Shown here in pieces: positions 31,092 to 42,930 of a stretch of DNA of 64,000 bases. The translations under genes were made by a program, and so were the position numbers. The stretch is from Zancudomyces culisetae HAW-14-8 (taxonomy: Eukaryota; Fungi; Kickxellomycota). The DNA lies in NCBI GenBank assembly GCA_052426225.1, contig JBNJNM010000021.1:2356001-2420000 (forward strand), in the 5' to 3' direction. How positions within the stretch are numbered: the stretch's first letter is position 1; every line of letters begins with the position of its first letter. Under the pieces are notes generated by a model. That model was not told the origin of the DNA. It saw only the letters and a program-made list of their open reading frames with translations, and did no database searches.

Positions 31092-32078
31092 TTACAGAAA
31101 CAACTCCCAATCGTTAATGACAAGGGTTGAGACACAGGCAATCAAGTTGTCCAGAGTTATCTTATCCTGATCACTCATCGACGAGTATTGTGAAATATCG
31201 TCTGACTTGCCTTTGGGTGAATTGATCGTAATCAAAATGTCCGCTTTTACTTTTTCTATACGAATCAGTACAAGGTACACACCCAATAAATCAACATCTA
31301 TTTTGGTCGCTGGAGCCATGGTTAAACTTGGATACTGTTTGTACACCAAATCCTTGAATCATTGTACATCCGCTATTTCTCATCCAAACCCATGCAATGT
31401 TAAAAAGCGGTAAAAGCAAAAGTAATATTATAAGTAAATAATACAATATTTTACCTTAGGCTCTCTGAGAGCTCGACACTTGAAATCTCTGATAGTAGTA
31501 GTTTGTGGAGTTTGGCATCGTTTTCTTCAGCAAGATTATCAAAATGCACCCTAAATTTGTTTGACATATCAAATATCATATTTATTGTACATATATATGA
31601 TTGAATGCGGTTTTGTGTAAAGTTTTAAAATGAATATAAATCTGCTCTAGAGTTTTGGTTCTCTTCTTTTAAGATCTTGATTTAAAATAAATAAAAAATA
31701 GTATAAATAATTACCTTAGAGCTTCACTGTTGGGGACATCTTGATGCTCTAGAATTTCAACTATTAAACTTTCGTCATTTTCGGGATTCAAAAATACCTC
31801 TTGATTGTCAGGGATCTGCCTTATTTGACTACATGTAATAAAATAAACAAAGGCTATCAACTCAACTCTTTAGCGTTTATTTTTGACCTTAGTGGTGTAG
31901 AACTAAAGCCGGTATATAACAGAACTTAGGAGAGTAAGTCCTGAGGGCTAAGAGTAGGGGGATGGGGGATGAGAGATGAGGGAGGGAGAATAAAAAGAAA
32001 TGTTTACCTTGCATCCAGTAATGTGTTAGGAATGCTGATCGACATGTAGCCACCATAGAGTTCGTGAGTAACGTTCAT
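31092..32078 (-). CDS. MOG1: Mog1/PsbP Ran-binding protein, 4 exons, apparent frameshift in the last exon
   Basis: Exons ~32078-32008, 31828-31715, 31550-31455 and ~31373-31092 with GT-AG edges; ELYGG..DASQIRQIPDNQEVF..SLIVEILE..HFDNLAEEN..GVQTVSKFN..DILITINSP..DWELF. Confidence 0.82.
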
Positions 32079-32821
32079 TTCGAGTAGCGTTGGCCTTTTT
32101 TTGGAATTGTTTGCTTTTCCCTCCTCTTCTGTTATGAGTGTAAATATCTATATCCATTATTTTTTGTTTGCAAAAGATCATCAGATGAACACTAATTGGA
32201 AAAGATAATTGGACAAAAAAAGGATGAAGAAGTAGGGAGAAACTGGTTGGAGTGGAGGATTGGGCTTGGAAGTCGGGTATTTAATTCAATGACCAATTTC
32301 GTAGTTTGGGAATTTCAGCGTTTTGTGTGCGTAATTTTGCAAGCTGAATTAGGGTGTATAAAGGAAATACGAGAAGAGATCTGGCTTAAAGACTAAACAC
32401 CAGAAATATCTACTTGTGTAATATATCCAGTAAAATGAAGGCTTCCAGTCATTGCAACTACATTTTACAACTTGTTTCAATTCAGTTTCAGGTACTAGTT
32501 TATGTATAAAGTGAATATTTAGTGAGTTAGCAAGGATTTGGGTATAAAAAAACAGTTATCATTATTTTAGGATTAAATAGTTGACAAAGCCAAAAAAAAT
32601 CAAGAAAAAAGTTCTTTAATCAGATAAAAAAAAAGTGTACAATTTATAAAACAGATTTGATAAGCTTGGTATTGGATACTTGGTAATTGGTATCTAATAT
32701 AAAGAGCACTATAGGAAATATTCAAAAATAATCGAGAAGAATAAATAGATGGAAGGGCCCAAAATCAAATACGAGGCTTTTGATTCCTCTGGAGCTCTTT
32801 TCAACACTATCACTTGACTCC

Positions 32822-33430
32822 TTAACCTTCCGTACATACAGGTATCTTAAAGTTATAATTACAAGTAGGACATTTGTCTGAGACATACAGCAAGTGCTCA
32901 TTAATACATCCGATATGAAAGTAATGCATGCATGGCAAGTTTCTTACATAATCAAGGCTGTATATCCGACCATTGCAAATGCTACAAGGGTTATCAATAA
33001 GGAAACCAGGTAGGGATAATGATAGTGAGTGTGAGTGTGAGTGGGGGTGTGGTGATGACGGTGTTGCCTGTGGTGTAGTTTGCGATGATGATTGTGGTGG
33101 TGATTGAATTGGTGTGATGGAGTTACTATCATAAAAACGCTGTTGAGTTTCCTCAGATAAATCCAAAATATGGTTTTTCATCACTTCAGAATACTGGACT
33201 GCCGGAAATTGCTGATCAAGTTCTTCTGGTGTAAAAAACTGTTGGTCAGTGCCGCTAGGTTTACTAACATAGCGAGGTAGATCATCATCCGAAATTCGCT
33301 TAATTTCAGCTTGTGGATGTGATGATCGATATACATATCTACCATATACCCCCGCAACGCAAACCAAAACAAGTACTCCCAGCATTCCAAGTTGTACGAG
33401 AATGGTAGAATTCTGATATTCGAAGGCCAT
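32822..33430 (-). CDS. TM + RING-H2 E3 ubiquitin ligase-like protein (~202 aa)
   Basis: ATG at 33430, hydrophobic helix, CSIC..LPCMHYFHIGC..CPTC. Confidence 0.85.
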   Translation of the reverse strand: MAFEYQNSTILVQLGMLGVLVLVCVAGVYGRYVYRSSHPQAEIKRISDDDLPRYVSKPSGTDQQFFTPEELDQQFPAVQYSEVMKNHILDLSEETQQRFYDSNSITPIQSPPQSSSQTTPQATPSSPHPHSHSHSLSLSLPGFLIDNPCSICNGRIYSLDYVRNLPCMHYFHIGCINEHLLYVSDKCPTCNYNFKIPVCTEG

Positions 33431-33621
33431 TTTTCTTTTTCTTCCTTTTTGGTTGATTTTTGTAGTTGTTGTTTTTTGCAGTTGTTGATTTTTATTTTTT
33501 TGACTCTCTTTTGTCAGAATATAAAATACAGAGATACACAAGGAAGCAAGAACTTGATGATATGCAAATACTATACATTTGGTACACATAAATACATTAG
33601 TTAAGGATAAAAAATTATCAA

Positions 33622-34375
33622 GTAGCGTTATACATACATTTAAGTGATTGGGAAGAATAAACAAACCATCCCCCAGGAAAAAAGCTAGTTTTATAGTTGT
33701 AACAATAATTAAGTACAAGGTACTTGGTTGTTCTTTAAAAACATAATGTAATACAATTTAAATACCTATAAACCACAGAGTTAGTTTCGAACTTGCCAAA
33801 GTACTCAAAAAGTGTAGTGTATGTTCAAGGATCTTAAAAGATGTCTATGTGTTAATTAGGTGCAATCCTGAGCCCTCATACATTTCTTTTTTTCGGAGGA
33901 GTGAGATATGTAGCCTATCCTTCGTTTTTCGAATATTTTCAAGTACAAGAATAAAAAATATATATGTGTAAGAGAAGATAAGAAAGAAAAAAAGATAGAG
34001 TTTAGAGACGAAATGTTAATAGAGAAGCCTATAACACAACCTTGAATTCTCTCTGCTTCATCCTTTCATCGTCCTTCCATTCCATTCCACTCATCTCTTC
34101 TGCTATTCCCTAATTCCCAAAAAAAAACGGCATGAAATATAATTTCCACTCTTTTTATTGATTAATCTTGTTAAAAACTGAGAAGAAATTGGCGGGATTC
34201 AGATAATAGTAAAGCATTTGAAATTTTAAGGAGGTAAAGTGTGATTTGCACAAATGAGTTTTTTATATTCTAGCTGACAAATTGTAAAAATTTTTAGCAA
34301 TCAAATAAATAATTAATGATTAATTTATGAAATAATAAATAGAGTGGAATATGAGTTTTAAATCCATGGCAGATT
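33622..34375. repeat. Second copy of the 1-757 duplication
   Basis: Direct near-identity with 1-757. Confidence 0.95.
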
Positions 34376-35372
34376 TAATAAATAAAATATGAATATCTCT
34401 CTTGTTATTTAATTTTTACCAATTATAATGTTAGACACTAAGTAGGACATGTAAAAGTCTTGGTATTTCTTTAAGAGGAAAAAAACAGAAGGATGTTGGC
34501 ATAAGTGGACAAATGATTTAGATTTCACGTTTTTCTCTTCATCTCTAGTTATACTTTATTAACAAATAAAATTTAGATTAATCATTATATCTTTCTATAC
34601 AACAACAAAAGCTACAAAAAATAAACATACATGATATTTCAGAATCATAGCTTGTAAACTTCTTCACATTAAAGTGATGACCTTATCATTGTTATTTTGA
34701 AGACTAGGACCAAGAGTATACTTAGACAAACTTGTAGCTCTTCAGCATAATCTAATACTATGTTTGAAAAGTTTGTTTAAAAAGCAAAATGTATTGACCA
34801 AAAGCATCAATTCAAGACCAACTTGATTGGTGGCACTTGACTCATAGTACTAGAAGTAGCATGGTCATTTAGGATTTGCGCAGTCATCTATTTTGAAACG
34901 GTTGAAGGCCGCAGCAACACTTTTTCTCCTTATTGTATAAAAAATAAAGAAAAACGAATGAAAAGTCCTTTTTTCTTATAGCGAAATTTTTTATGTGGTA
35001 AAGGTTAGATTGGAAATCGAAAAATCCAGGGATTCATAATTGATGGGATGGTTATTGGAGTTTAAAATATTTACTGCGGAAATAGTTTAAAGTTCCAAAA
35101 GAAAGGTGAATGAAAAAAAAAAATCGTGACATTTTAGGCTCACTTATTTCTTTGGTTTCTTTATGTTTGAGTATATATAAGTGGATGGAATTACGATAAA
35201 AATCTCATTCAAATTTAGGTTGGCATAATTATTAACTGGGAGACAGTAATTAATCCTGACAGTAACAAGATTCAATAACAGGTTTTACAAAGCTCATCAC
35301 AGAATCTAATCTGAATAGTATAAACGAATAGATAACCAAATAAAACCGTAGGATAGAGAAAAGAGGGAGGAA

Positions 35373-38300
35373 ATGGATCTAGAAAACATGATAGAATCAA
35401 AGCTAGGAATTAAATTAACAGCAACCCAAAGTCCAAGAAAGCAGAAAAAGATCGATTCTTTGCTCAATGAATTGAATTCAAGTCCGAAAAAAGTAGTTCA
35501 CAAGCGCAAGGTGATGTACGAGGATATTGAGTTGGATAATTGGAAATTTCCGGAACATTTGTACTACAAGAAACCGTCACCACTTCCAACATTGGCTAGA
35601 GGGTTTTTTACAAAGGATAGTGGAGAGCTAAATAAAAATAAACAGCAAAAGTATGGGATAGAAGGTGCAGGGAAAATAGTGATCAGAGGGTACGACAAGT
35701 TTTATAATATTGGAGATACGGGGGCTGCGAATTGGGAGGAAATAGTTAGGCATACAGTTGGACCATACGAACTTACAGTAAAAGAAAATGGATGTATAAT
35801 ATTGATATCAAGTCTGACAGTAGACTGCGAAGGTGGTGATAATACAAAACAAACATACAAGCTGGTGGTTACTAGTAAAAATGCTGTTAGTGGACAACAT
35901 GCAGAGATTGGCAAACAATGGGTTAAGCGACACTTGGAAGAGATTGGGAGGAGCGAGGCAGAGTTTGGAGAATTTTTGGGGCGGTACAATGTGACAGCAT
36001 TGTTTGAGTTGTGTGATGATGAGTTTGAGGAGCATATACTGGAATATGGGGGCAAAACGCGAGGATTATATTTACATGGTATCAATGACAACCAAGTAAT
36101 TTTGGAAACGTGGGATAGTCGGATAGTACAGATTGTAGCAGAGTGGTTTGGATTCCATGTAACCAAGAGTTATCAGTTTGAACAGTTGGATAAGCTTAAG
36201 GAGTTTACGGATAAGATTGGGGAGGATGCCGAGTTAGATGGTCGGGCGATTGAAGGATTTGTGGTGCGTTGTTGGTGGAGAGACAATAAGGGGGGGAAGA
36301 CTGGAGAGGCGATTGAGAATGGAGTTGGGGAGGCAGCTGATGAGAAAGAGCGGGAGAAGAGTAAGCAAGTGGCGGAGAAAAGGTATATGTTTAAGATCAA
36401 ATATGATGAGCCATATCTAATGTACAGAGAATGGAGAGAAGTATCAAAAAAAATATTATCAGGGGCGGGAAAGGAGAAGGGGAAAGGAAAAGAAATAAAC
36501 ATGAATCGGGTAAAGTATGGATTGACAAAGGCGTATATAAAATGGCTTAAAAAGGAATACCAAGAGAATCCAAAGCAGTTTGATGGGTATTTACAAAACC
36601 AGGGGATTATTAGTGCTAGAAATCGGTTTTTAGAATATAATAAATTGCATGGACAAGAAGAAGAGTCAAGCAAAATTGGAAGTACCAAAAAGAGTACAAA
36701 TGGAAACAAAAAAGATAAAAGTAGAAGTGAAGATGTAGTTGAGGATGAACGAGTGAAGCGAATATTGCTAATGACAGTAGCGACAATTGGGTGTGGAAAG
36801 ACGACAGTGTCAGTTGGGTTAAACAAGCTGTACGGGTTTGGACATGTACAAAACGATAATATAACGGCCAAGAAGAACGCTAGACAAGCGTTCCACGATG
36901 CTATTGATAGAGAATATGAAGAGAATGGAAAAGCGGTGGTAATAGCTGACCGAAACAATCATATTGAATTGTTGAGACGTAGTTTGGTTGAGCACGTCCA
37001 AGAAAAGGAGTATTTTTATCCAGAAGATGAAGTGGATGCAAGTTTCAAAGAGTTTAAGGTGGTGGCAATGTATTGGAATTGTAGTAATGTAAAGGAGGTC
37101 GAGAAACAAGCTGTGCAACGAATAGAGGCAAGAGGAGAAAACCATCAGTCATTGACACCAAAACGCACAGGGAATTATAGGGCGGTAATCAACAAGTTTT
37201 TGAGAGATTTTGAACCGATTATAAAGGAAGCAAATAAACCGAAAGGAGGAAGAGGAAATGGAAATGGAAATGGGAATGGAAAACTGGGAGGGCAAGTTGA
37301 AGAGTATATAGATGAAGTAATAGAATTAGATCCATTAAAGAGTTCAGCACAGAATTTGTATACGGTTATTGAGTACCTAACAATTCACTATCCACACTTG
37401 TTGAATCCAACAGAGTATTACCGGGAAGCATTGGGAGAAAAAGCCATCAATATTAATAATAAGAATGATGATAACAGGTTAACACCAGAGTTACTTGACC
37501 AAAATGTTATTCGTAATGTAGTTGATACTTATAAACCAACAGTTATTAAAAATGTAAAGGCAGTAGGCAAACCACAAAAGCCTAGGTATTTTGGATTGTT
37601 GGTCAATGATAGGAACCATTTCTACTCGCTATTTGAACAATTCCAGAAATCACTGCTTACCAAAACTAATGGTAATAGCACTAGTAATAGTAATAATGGT
37701 GGTGAGGAGGAAAAGGAAAAGGAAATGGAGATAGAGAAAATGAATGTACTAATGGAATCTATTAATCAAATATTATCCAACAAAAATTCTAGCATTAATG
37801 GTCATAATAATGGATCAAAATATAAAGCTATACCAAATGACTATCATGTAACTCTTGCTCATATTGGAAACACAGTAGCAGCAACAGCAACAACAAAAAC
37901 AACATTGAATGGTAATAAAAATTTGTATGAGGAATATAATGCAAAAAGATCAACACTTGAAGGCAAAAAGGTCACATGTAAAGCAACGTATTTGATGGTA
38001 GGCGAAGAAGCAATGACTTTACAAGTACAGATAGAACCAGATGTTAGTGATGAACAGGACAAGAAATTGTATTTTCCATGCATTAATGAACATCCACATA
38101 TTACATTGGCCTTCAACAACAAGGCTAAAGATAGCAATGATATGTTGCAGTCGTTTTATTCATCGCCAAATAATGTTTCCTTAAGCTTGAAAGGTACTGG
38201 GTTTGTAAAGACGTTGCAAGGTCAAACCACCAAAAAGGTTTATGGATTTAAATTACCAAGTTATTTCAAGTTGGTTACAACATTTAAGGCCTTTTTTTAG
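35373..38300 (+). CDS. TRL1: Fungal trifunctional tRNA ligase (ligase, kinase, cyclic phosphodiesterase)
   Basis: LARGFF, RGYDKF, KENG (motif I), ELCDDEFEEH, EGFVVR, FKIK; GCGKTT P-loop, ADRNNH; two HxT motifs (YHVTL, PHITL). Confidence 0.95.
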   Translation: MDLENMIESKLGIKLTATQSPRKQKKIDSLLNELNSSPKKVVHKRKVMYEDIELDNWKFPEHLYYKKPSPLPTLARGFFTKDSGELNKNKQQKYGIEGAGKIVIRGYDKFYNIGDTGAANWEEIVRHTVGPYELTVKENGCIILISSLTVDCEGGDNTKQTYKLVVTSKNAVSGQHAEIGKQWVKRHLEEIGRSEAEFGEFLGRYNVTALFELCDDEFEEHILEYGGKTRGLYLHGINDNQVILETWDSRIVQIVAEWFGFHVTKSYQFEQLDKLKEFTDKIGEDAELDGRAIEGFVVRCWWRDNKGGKTGEAIENGVGEAADEKEREKSKQVAEKRYMFKIKYDEPYLMYREWREVSKKILSGAGKEKGKGKEINMNRVKYGLTKAYIKWLKKEYQENPKQFDGYLQNQGIISARNRFLEYNKLHGQEEESSKIGSTKKSTNGNKKDKSRSEDVVEDERVKRILLMTVATIGCGKTTVSVGLNKLYGFGHVQNDNITAKKNARQAFHDAIDREYEENGKAVVIADRNNHIELLRRSLVEHVQEKEYFYPEDEVDASFKEFKVVAMYWNCSNVKEVEKQAVQRIEARGENHQSLTPKRTGNYRAVINKFLRDFEPIIKEANKPKGGRGNGNGNGNGKLGGQVEEYIDEVIELDPLKSSAQNLYTVIEYLTIHYPHLLNPTEYYREALGEKAININNKNDDNRLTPELLDQNVIRNVVDTYKPTVIKNVKAVGKPQKPRYFGLLVNDRNHFYSLFEQFQKSLLTKTNGNSTSNSNNGGEEEKEKEMEIEKMNVLMESINQILSNKNSSINGHNNGSKYKAIPNDYHVTLAHIGNTVAATATTKTTLNGNKNLYEEYNAKRSTLEGKKVTCKATYLMVGEEAMTLQVQIEPDVSDEQDKKLYFPCINEHPHITLAFNNKAKDSNDMLQSFYSSPNNVSLSLKGTGFVKTLQGQTTKKVYGFKLPSYFKLVTTFKAFF

Positions 38301-38374
38301 AATTTTTCAAGTACATGATGGTTTACTGAATCAATGATAAATAAATAAACAAATAAAACAAAAGCTAGTTTAGT

Positions 38375-40628
38375 TTAGTTTAGGGTTACATAATTACCAG
38401 GGAACAATCCAAATTCACCACTTTCATTAATCCCCTGCCACCATTCATCTGATGGAAATTGAACATCACGGATCAGCTCTCCCTCTTGGAAACTCAATTC
38501 ACCTTCTTCAGCAGCTATGTAATCGTAAATTGCTCTAGCTGTTTGTTCATGTCCCTGTTCAGGCACAGGCACAGGCACAGGCTCGGGTTCAGGATGTTGT
38601 TCATACTGATATGATTGTTGACGAGGTGGAAGTGATGGTACCTGCTCTTGTTGCTGTGGAGGTTGTGATCTTTGAGGCAATGGAGGAGGTGGTGGTGATT
38701 GAGACCTTTGAGGCAGTGGAGGAGGTGGTGGAGGAGAAGGAGATCGATTTCTTTGAGGAGGAGGAGGTGGTGGTGGGATTGACGTTTGGGGTTGAGATCG
38801 GGGTTGGGATGGAGGAGGAGGAGGAGGAATCGATGATTGGAGTTGAGGTTGAGGTTGATGTGGTGGTGGGGGAGGGGGAATTGATTGCTGCGATTCTATT
38901 GGCTCAACAAAATTGGCGGGAAATTGGCCAGAGCGTTTATTATCGGCGCTACGACCAGACCACCAATACTCATCATCAGTTTGCTCAACACAATAGATAA
39001 TTTCACCTTCAACCAAATCCATTTCGTTTGCTTCTTCAGCCTGATAACTGTAAATAACCTTGGCTTGTTTTCCACTTTCCATCTCTACTTCTCTTTGCGT
39101 TTCTACTTTTGGTGTTGATATCTTTCTAACTGTATTAGAATATCTTCTCTTTGTAGAATCTCTGCTCTCCTCTTCTTCTTTTACCTGCATATTGCCAATT
39201 CCTCCTCGTACTTGTCTGATTGCATCCAACTCTGCTTGTCTCTCTTCAGCTGGTGTTTGTCTCTTTTCCGGTTGTTGTTGTTGTTGCTGCTGCTGTTGTT
39301 GCTGTCGTTGTTGTGACGGAGGCACAGCTCGTCTATTTCTCAACATTTCCAACTCTTCTCTTGTGGTTTGAGCCTGAGTCTTTGGACTTTCTGGCTTTAT
39401 ATCAATACTTTGTTGTCGCTGTTGCTGTTGCTGTTGTTGCTGTTGTTGTTGCTGTTGTGGTGGTGGTGGTGATGTCTGGAAAGGACTAGTAACTGACTTT
39501 GGAACATTCTTTCTCTCTATCTCCTTCCCAACTCCCACTCCACCTCCTCCTCCGTATATACTCGATAATAGTTTTCCTGAACTACCCTTGACTTCAAACA
39601 ATGGCTTGGTTGCTACTGGCTGTGTAGCTGTTGGCGTGGTTCTCGCTGCACTTGCTCCAAACCCTGCTACTGGTTTTGTCACTGGAATTGGTACATTCTT
39701 TTTCTGCTGTGCTATTCCTACTCCTACCTTATTCACCTCTCTCACCTTCATCCCTGGTGCCATTATCACCGCTGGTTTCGGTGCTGAATATACTACTGGC
39801 TTCACTCTTGGTTTAGCTCCTCCAGTTCCAGTTCCAGTTCCAGCCCCTCTTCCTGCATATCCTGAATAGTTCGCTCCTGAACTTTCTGCTATCTTGCGTA
39901 GGATCTCTCCCGCCTCCAAGTCATCCTCTGTTCTTGCTTCAATCGCTACATGATAATTCCTTAAAACATTTTGTACCTCTCCAACCTGTGAACTCATTAT
40001 TCCTTTACGAAATACTGGTACCCCTGATCCACACTATTTTTTATTTTGTTGTTGTTATTGTTATTGTTATTGTTAAATTATTTTTTAATTCTCCAATTCA
40101 TTATTCCAATACTTGTTTCAACCTTTAAAACACGTTTAAAAAAGACCAAGTATTTATTTATAAATTTCACCAGTTACTCTTACTTACCCAAGATATAAAT
40201 ATAAACTTGTTTAGTTTACTACTTGGATCCGTAACCCTGGCAAATCCATACTGGATCTTTCCTGAGTCAAACTCTTCTATCATTTCCTCTAGTCCATCAC
40301 CTATTTTTATTATTATTATTCGTACCACCACTGTTTAGTCTTTTCCTTTCCTTTCCTTTCCTTTCTTTTTGTTTATATACATTTTAAACACACTATACAC
40401 TTCTCTTTTATTCAAACTATACCAAGCTGTTCTCAAAATAATATCAATAATGATAATATCAATATTAAATGTTTGCATACCTCCTGTTGCCTCGACATCC
40501 AACTCATTTCCGCCTCTTGAAAATCCAAAAACTGCCCACGATACCTGTTCATCTCCTTCCAGGATCCTTTTGTGTGTTGAGGAAATTTTGTATGAATTCG
40601 TTGATAAATCTACTCTTTGGCTACTCAT
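38375..40628 (-). CDS. ABP1: Actin-binding protein Abp1/drebrin-like (ADF-H, Pro-rich region, two SH3)
   Basis: Exons 40628-40481, 40300-40188 and 40033-38375; [39 protein letters not shown] motif; two SH3 domains. Confidence 0.9.
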
Positions 40629-41333
40629 TATTCTCCTCCCTTTTGGTTTCTGTATTTGTTCTTGTTTCTTTTACTATTTAAATAAAAGAAGTACAAATAA
40701 CAAAAAATCATTGATTATATAGCTAAATTTCAAAATCCCCTCAACACCACTACCACTACCACCCCCACTCCTCATCCTCCTCTCCCTCCCCCCCCCCCCC
40801 AACTTTCTTTTGCAATTCCCATTCATTTTTTCATTTGATTTTTTCAATTTTGCATTATTTTTTTCTTGGTATTAAGCCTGTAGTAGTTTGTAAATAACAA
40901 AAGCCAAAAACCAAAAGCCAAATAGAATTATTCCAAGAAAAAAAATAATAAAACGGACCTAAATTTCCCAATTGCAACACATTGTTCATTATTATCACTT
41001 TTTTCCCAATGCGTTTTGTTTGTTTTTATATTATTTTATTTCTATTTTTTTTTTGTTGGGATTGAAATTGAAATTTAAAATTACCAATGCCAACGCTAAT
41101 GTCAATGTTAATGTTAATATCAATACTAACGCCAATGCTAAAAAAATAAATGAATTTTCCATACAAAATGTAACAACCAATATAAAATCGAGAATAACAA
41201 AAAAAAATTATACCAAGCTTTTATTTACGTGTGTATTAACATCATTTTTTGACGTTACATTGAATATAATCGGCAAAAATATGCTTATAAATGTTAATAA
41301 CGTAACCCCTCATCCCATCCCATTAATATTCTC

Positions 41334-42930
41334 TCATTTGTGTACTTGTGCAGTCAGTGGCTGTTCCGATAACCCACACAACAAGTTTTCTAATGCCAGA
41401 TCTGACATTGCTGTCCGTGTCTCAATTGTCGCTGATCCAAGGTGTGGTAAAATAAAGCAATTATCTGTGTCTTTAACCAGCGGATCATCCATAGATAATG
41501 GCTCGGGATCTGTCACATCCAAACCTGCCGCAAATATCTGGCTATCCTTTGCATGCATTGCATCCAGCAAGTCCTTTTGATTAATAATGGCTCCTCTTGC
41601 TGAATTCACAATAATCACGTTTCTCCTATCCTTACTCTTATTGGAGTTGATCATTGCCAAGCTTTTTGCATTAATCAGGTGTCGTGTCGATTCTGTCAAT
41701 GCACAGCATATACAAATTACATCCGCCTCTTCCATTATCTTGTCTATTGTATCGGTATACTCCGTACTGAATCCAACATCGTCACTGTTACCGTTGTTTT
41801 TGTTTCCTAAAAGCAATTCTTGGGCTCGTGAGATCGAGTCGGCCATTTCCGTCAATACTCGCTCTTTCTCCTCGTTGCGAGTCCTTCCTGTATATAACAG
41901 TTTCTTGAATCCAAATGGAATCAATCTCATCGCTGTGGCTGTACCAATTCTACCAAGCCCCACCATACCCAGTGTTTTACCCCCAAATTCCACTCCTGCA
42001 AGCCACATTGGCGACCAATCCTTCCACTAATTACATCAATAACTCGTCAGCAATTTATCAATAAACAAACCCATGCTAATCAAATATAAATCACTCCTAC
42101 CTGACCATTAACAACTGCAGAGTATCCCTAAATGTATTCATAACCACATTTTCAAAATGTTTTACTACAACTTTTGAAAGACACACACATATACACATAT
42201 ATATACATACACTTCCTCTTCCACAAAGAGGATCATGTCCACATACTAAATACTTGCCTCTTTTGCTCTCCTAGCAGCATTTAAAACCAACATAGCTGTG
42301 ATAACTGCAGTAGCTTCGGTCAAAACACCTGGTGTATTACCTATCAGTACCCTTTTTTCATTCAACAGCTTGACATCAATATGGTCATACCCCACCGACA
42401 TTGTAGAAACCACCTTTAGCTGTGGACCTGCTGTCTCTACCAACTCCTTATCGACTTTATCGGTTATCAAACAGTATACCCCATCAGCACCTAGTGTCCA
42501 CAGTTTATTTCTTTTTATTAATTTACTTTAACTGTTATTGATATACAAAAACAAAAATAAAAACAAAAACAGTATTATCAGTAGAACGTACCCTTCACCG
42601 TTGATAGTAACTCTGATCGTGGTATTGTACTACTCGAATTCCATTGCACAATATCCAGATTTTTGTTCGAACTAGGTACATTTCATCTTTTTTTTCAATA
42701 TCATTCCCTTGAATCGTTTGATTGTATATATTTTATTTTGAATTTAACAGAAATATATCGAAAAGGAAGAAAAAAAAGTTCTGAAATAGTATATCAAGTG
42801 AAGTTGTATATTACCTTTTTAGAAAATCGATTTTCTCTTGTGTGCCAGCTGGCAAGGGCGAAGTGATAACTATTTTGCTCTTTTTCGTTACTTTGGCAAA
42901 TTCTTTTACCAGCTTTTCCAATCTACTCAT
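41334..42930 (-). CDS. Glyoxylate/hydroxypyruvate reductase (D-2-hydroxyacid dehydrogenase), 5 exons
   Basis: STMSVGYDHID, NTPGVLTEATA, GLGRIG, NSARG, GLDVTDPEP and PHLGSAT; includes a 27-nt exon at 42101-42127. Confidence 0.92.

Noticed and set aside
33431-33718. 96-aa N-terminal extension of the RING-H2 ORF
   Set aside because: It starts at a non-ATG codon, has UTR-like composition, and the ATG at 33430 follows an A-rich context.
35373-38300. Functional link between TRL1 and the intron-like tRNA cassette in element D
   Set aside because: They are 17 kb apart, TRL1 is a housekeeping gene and D is a recent insertion; proximity is most likely chance.
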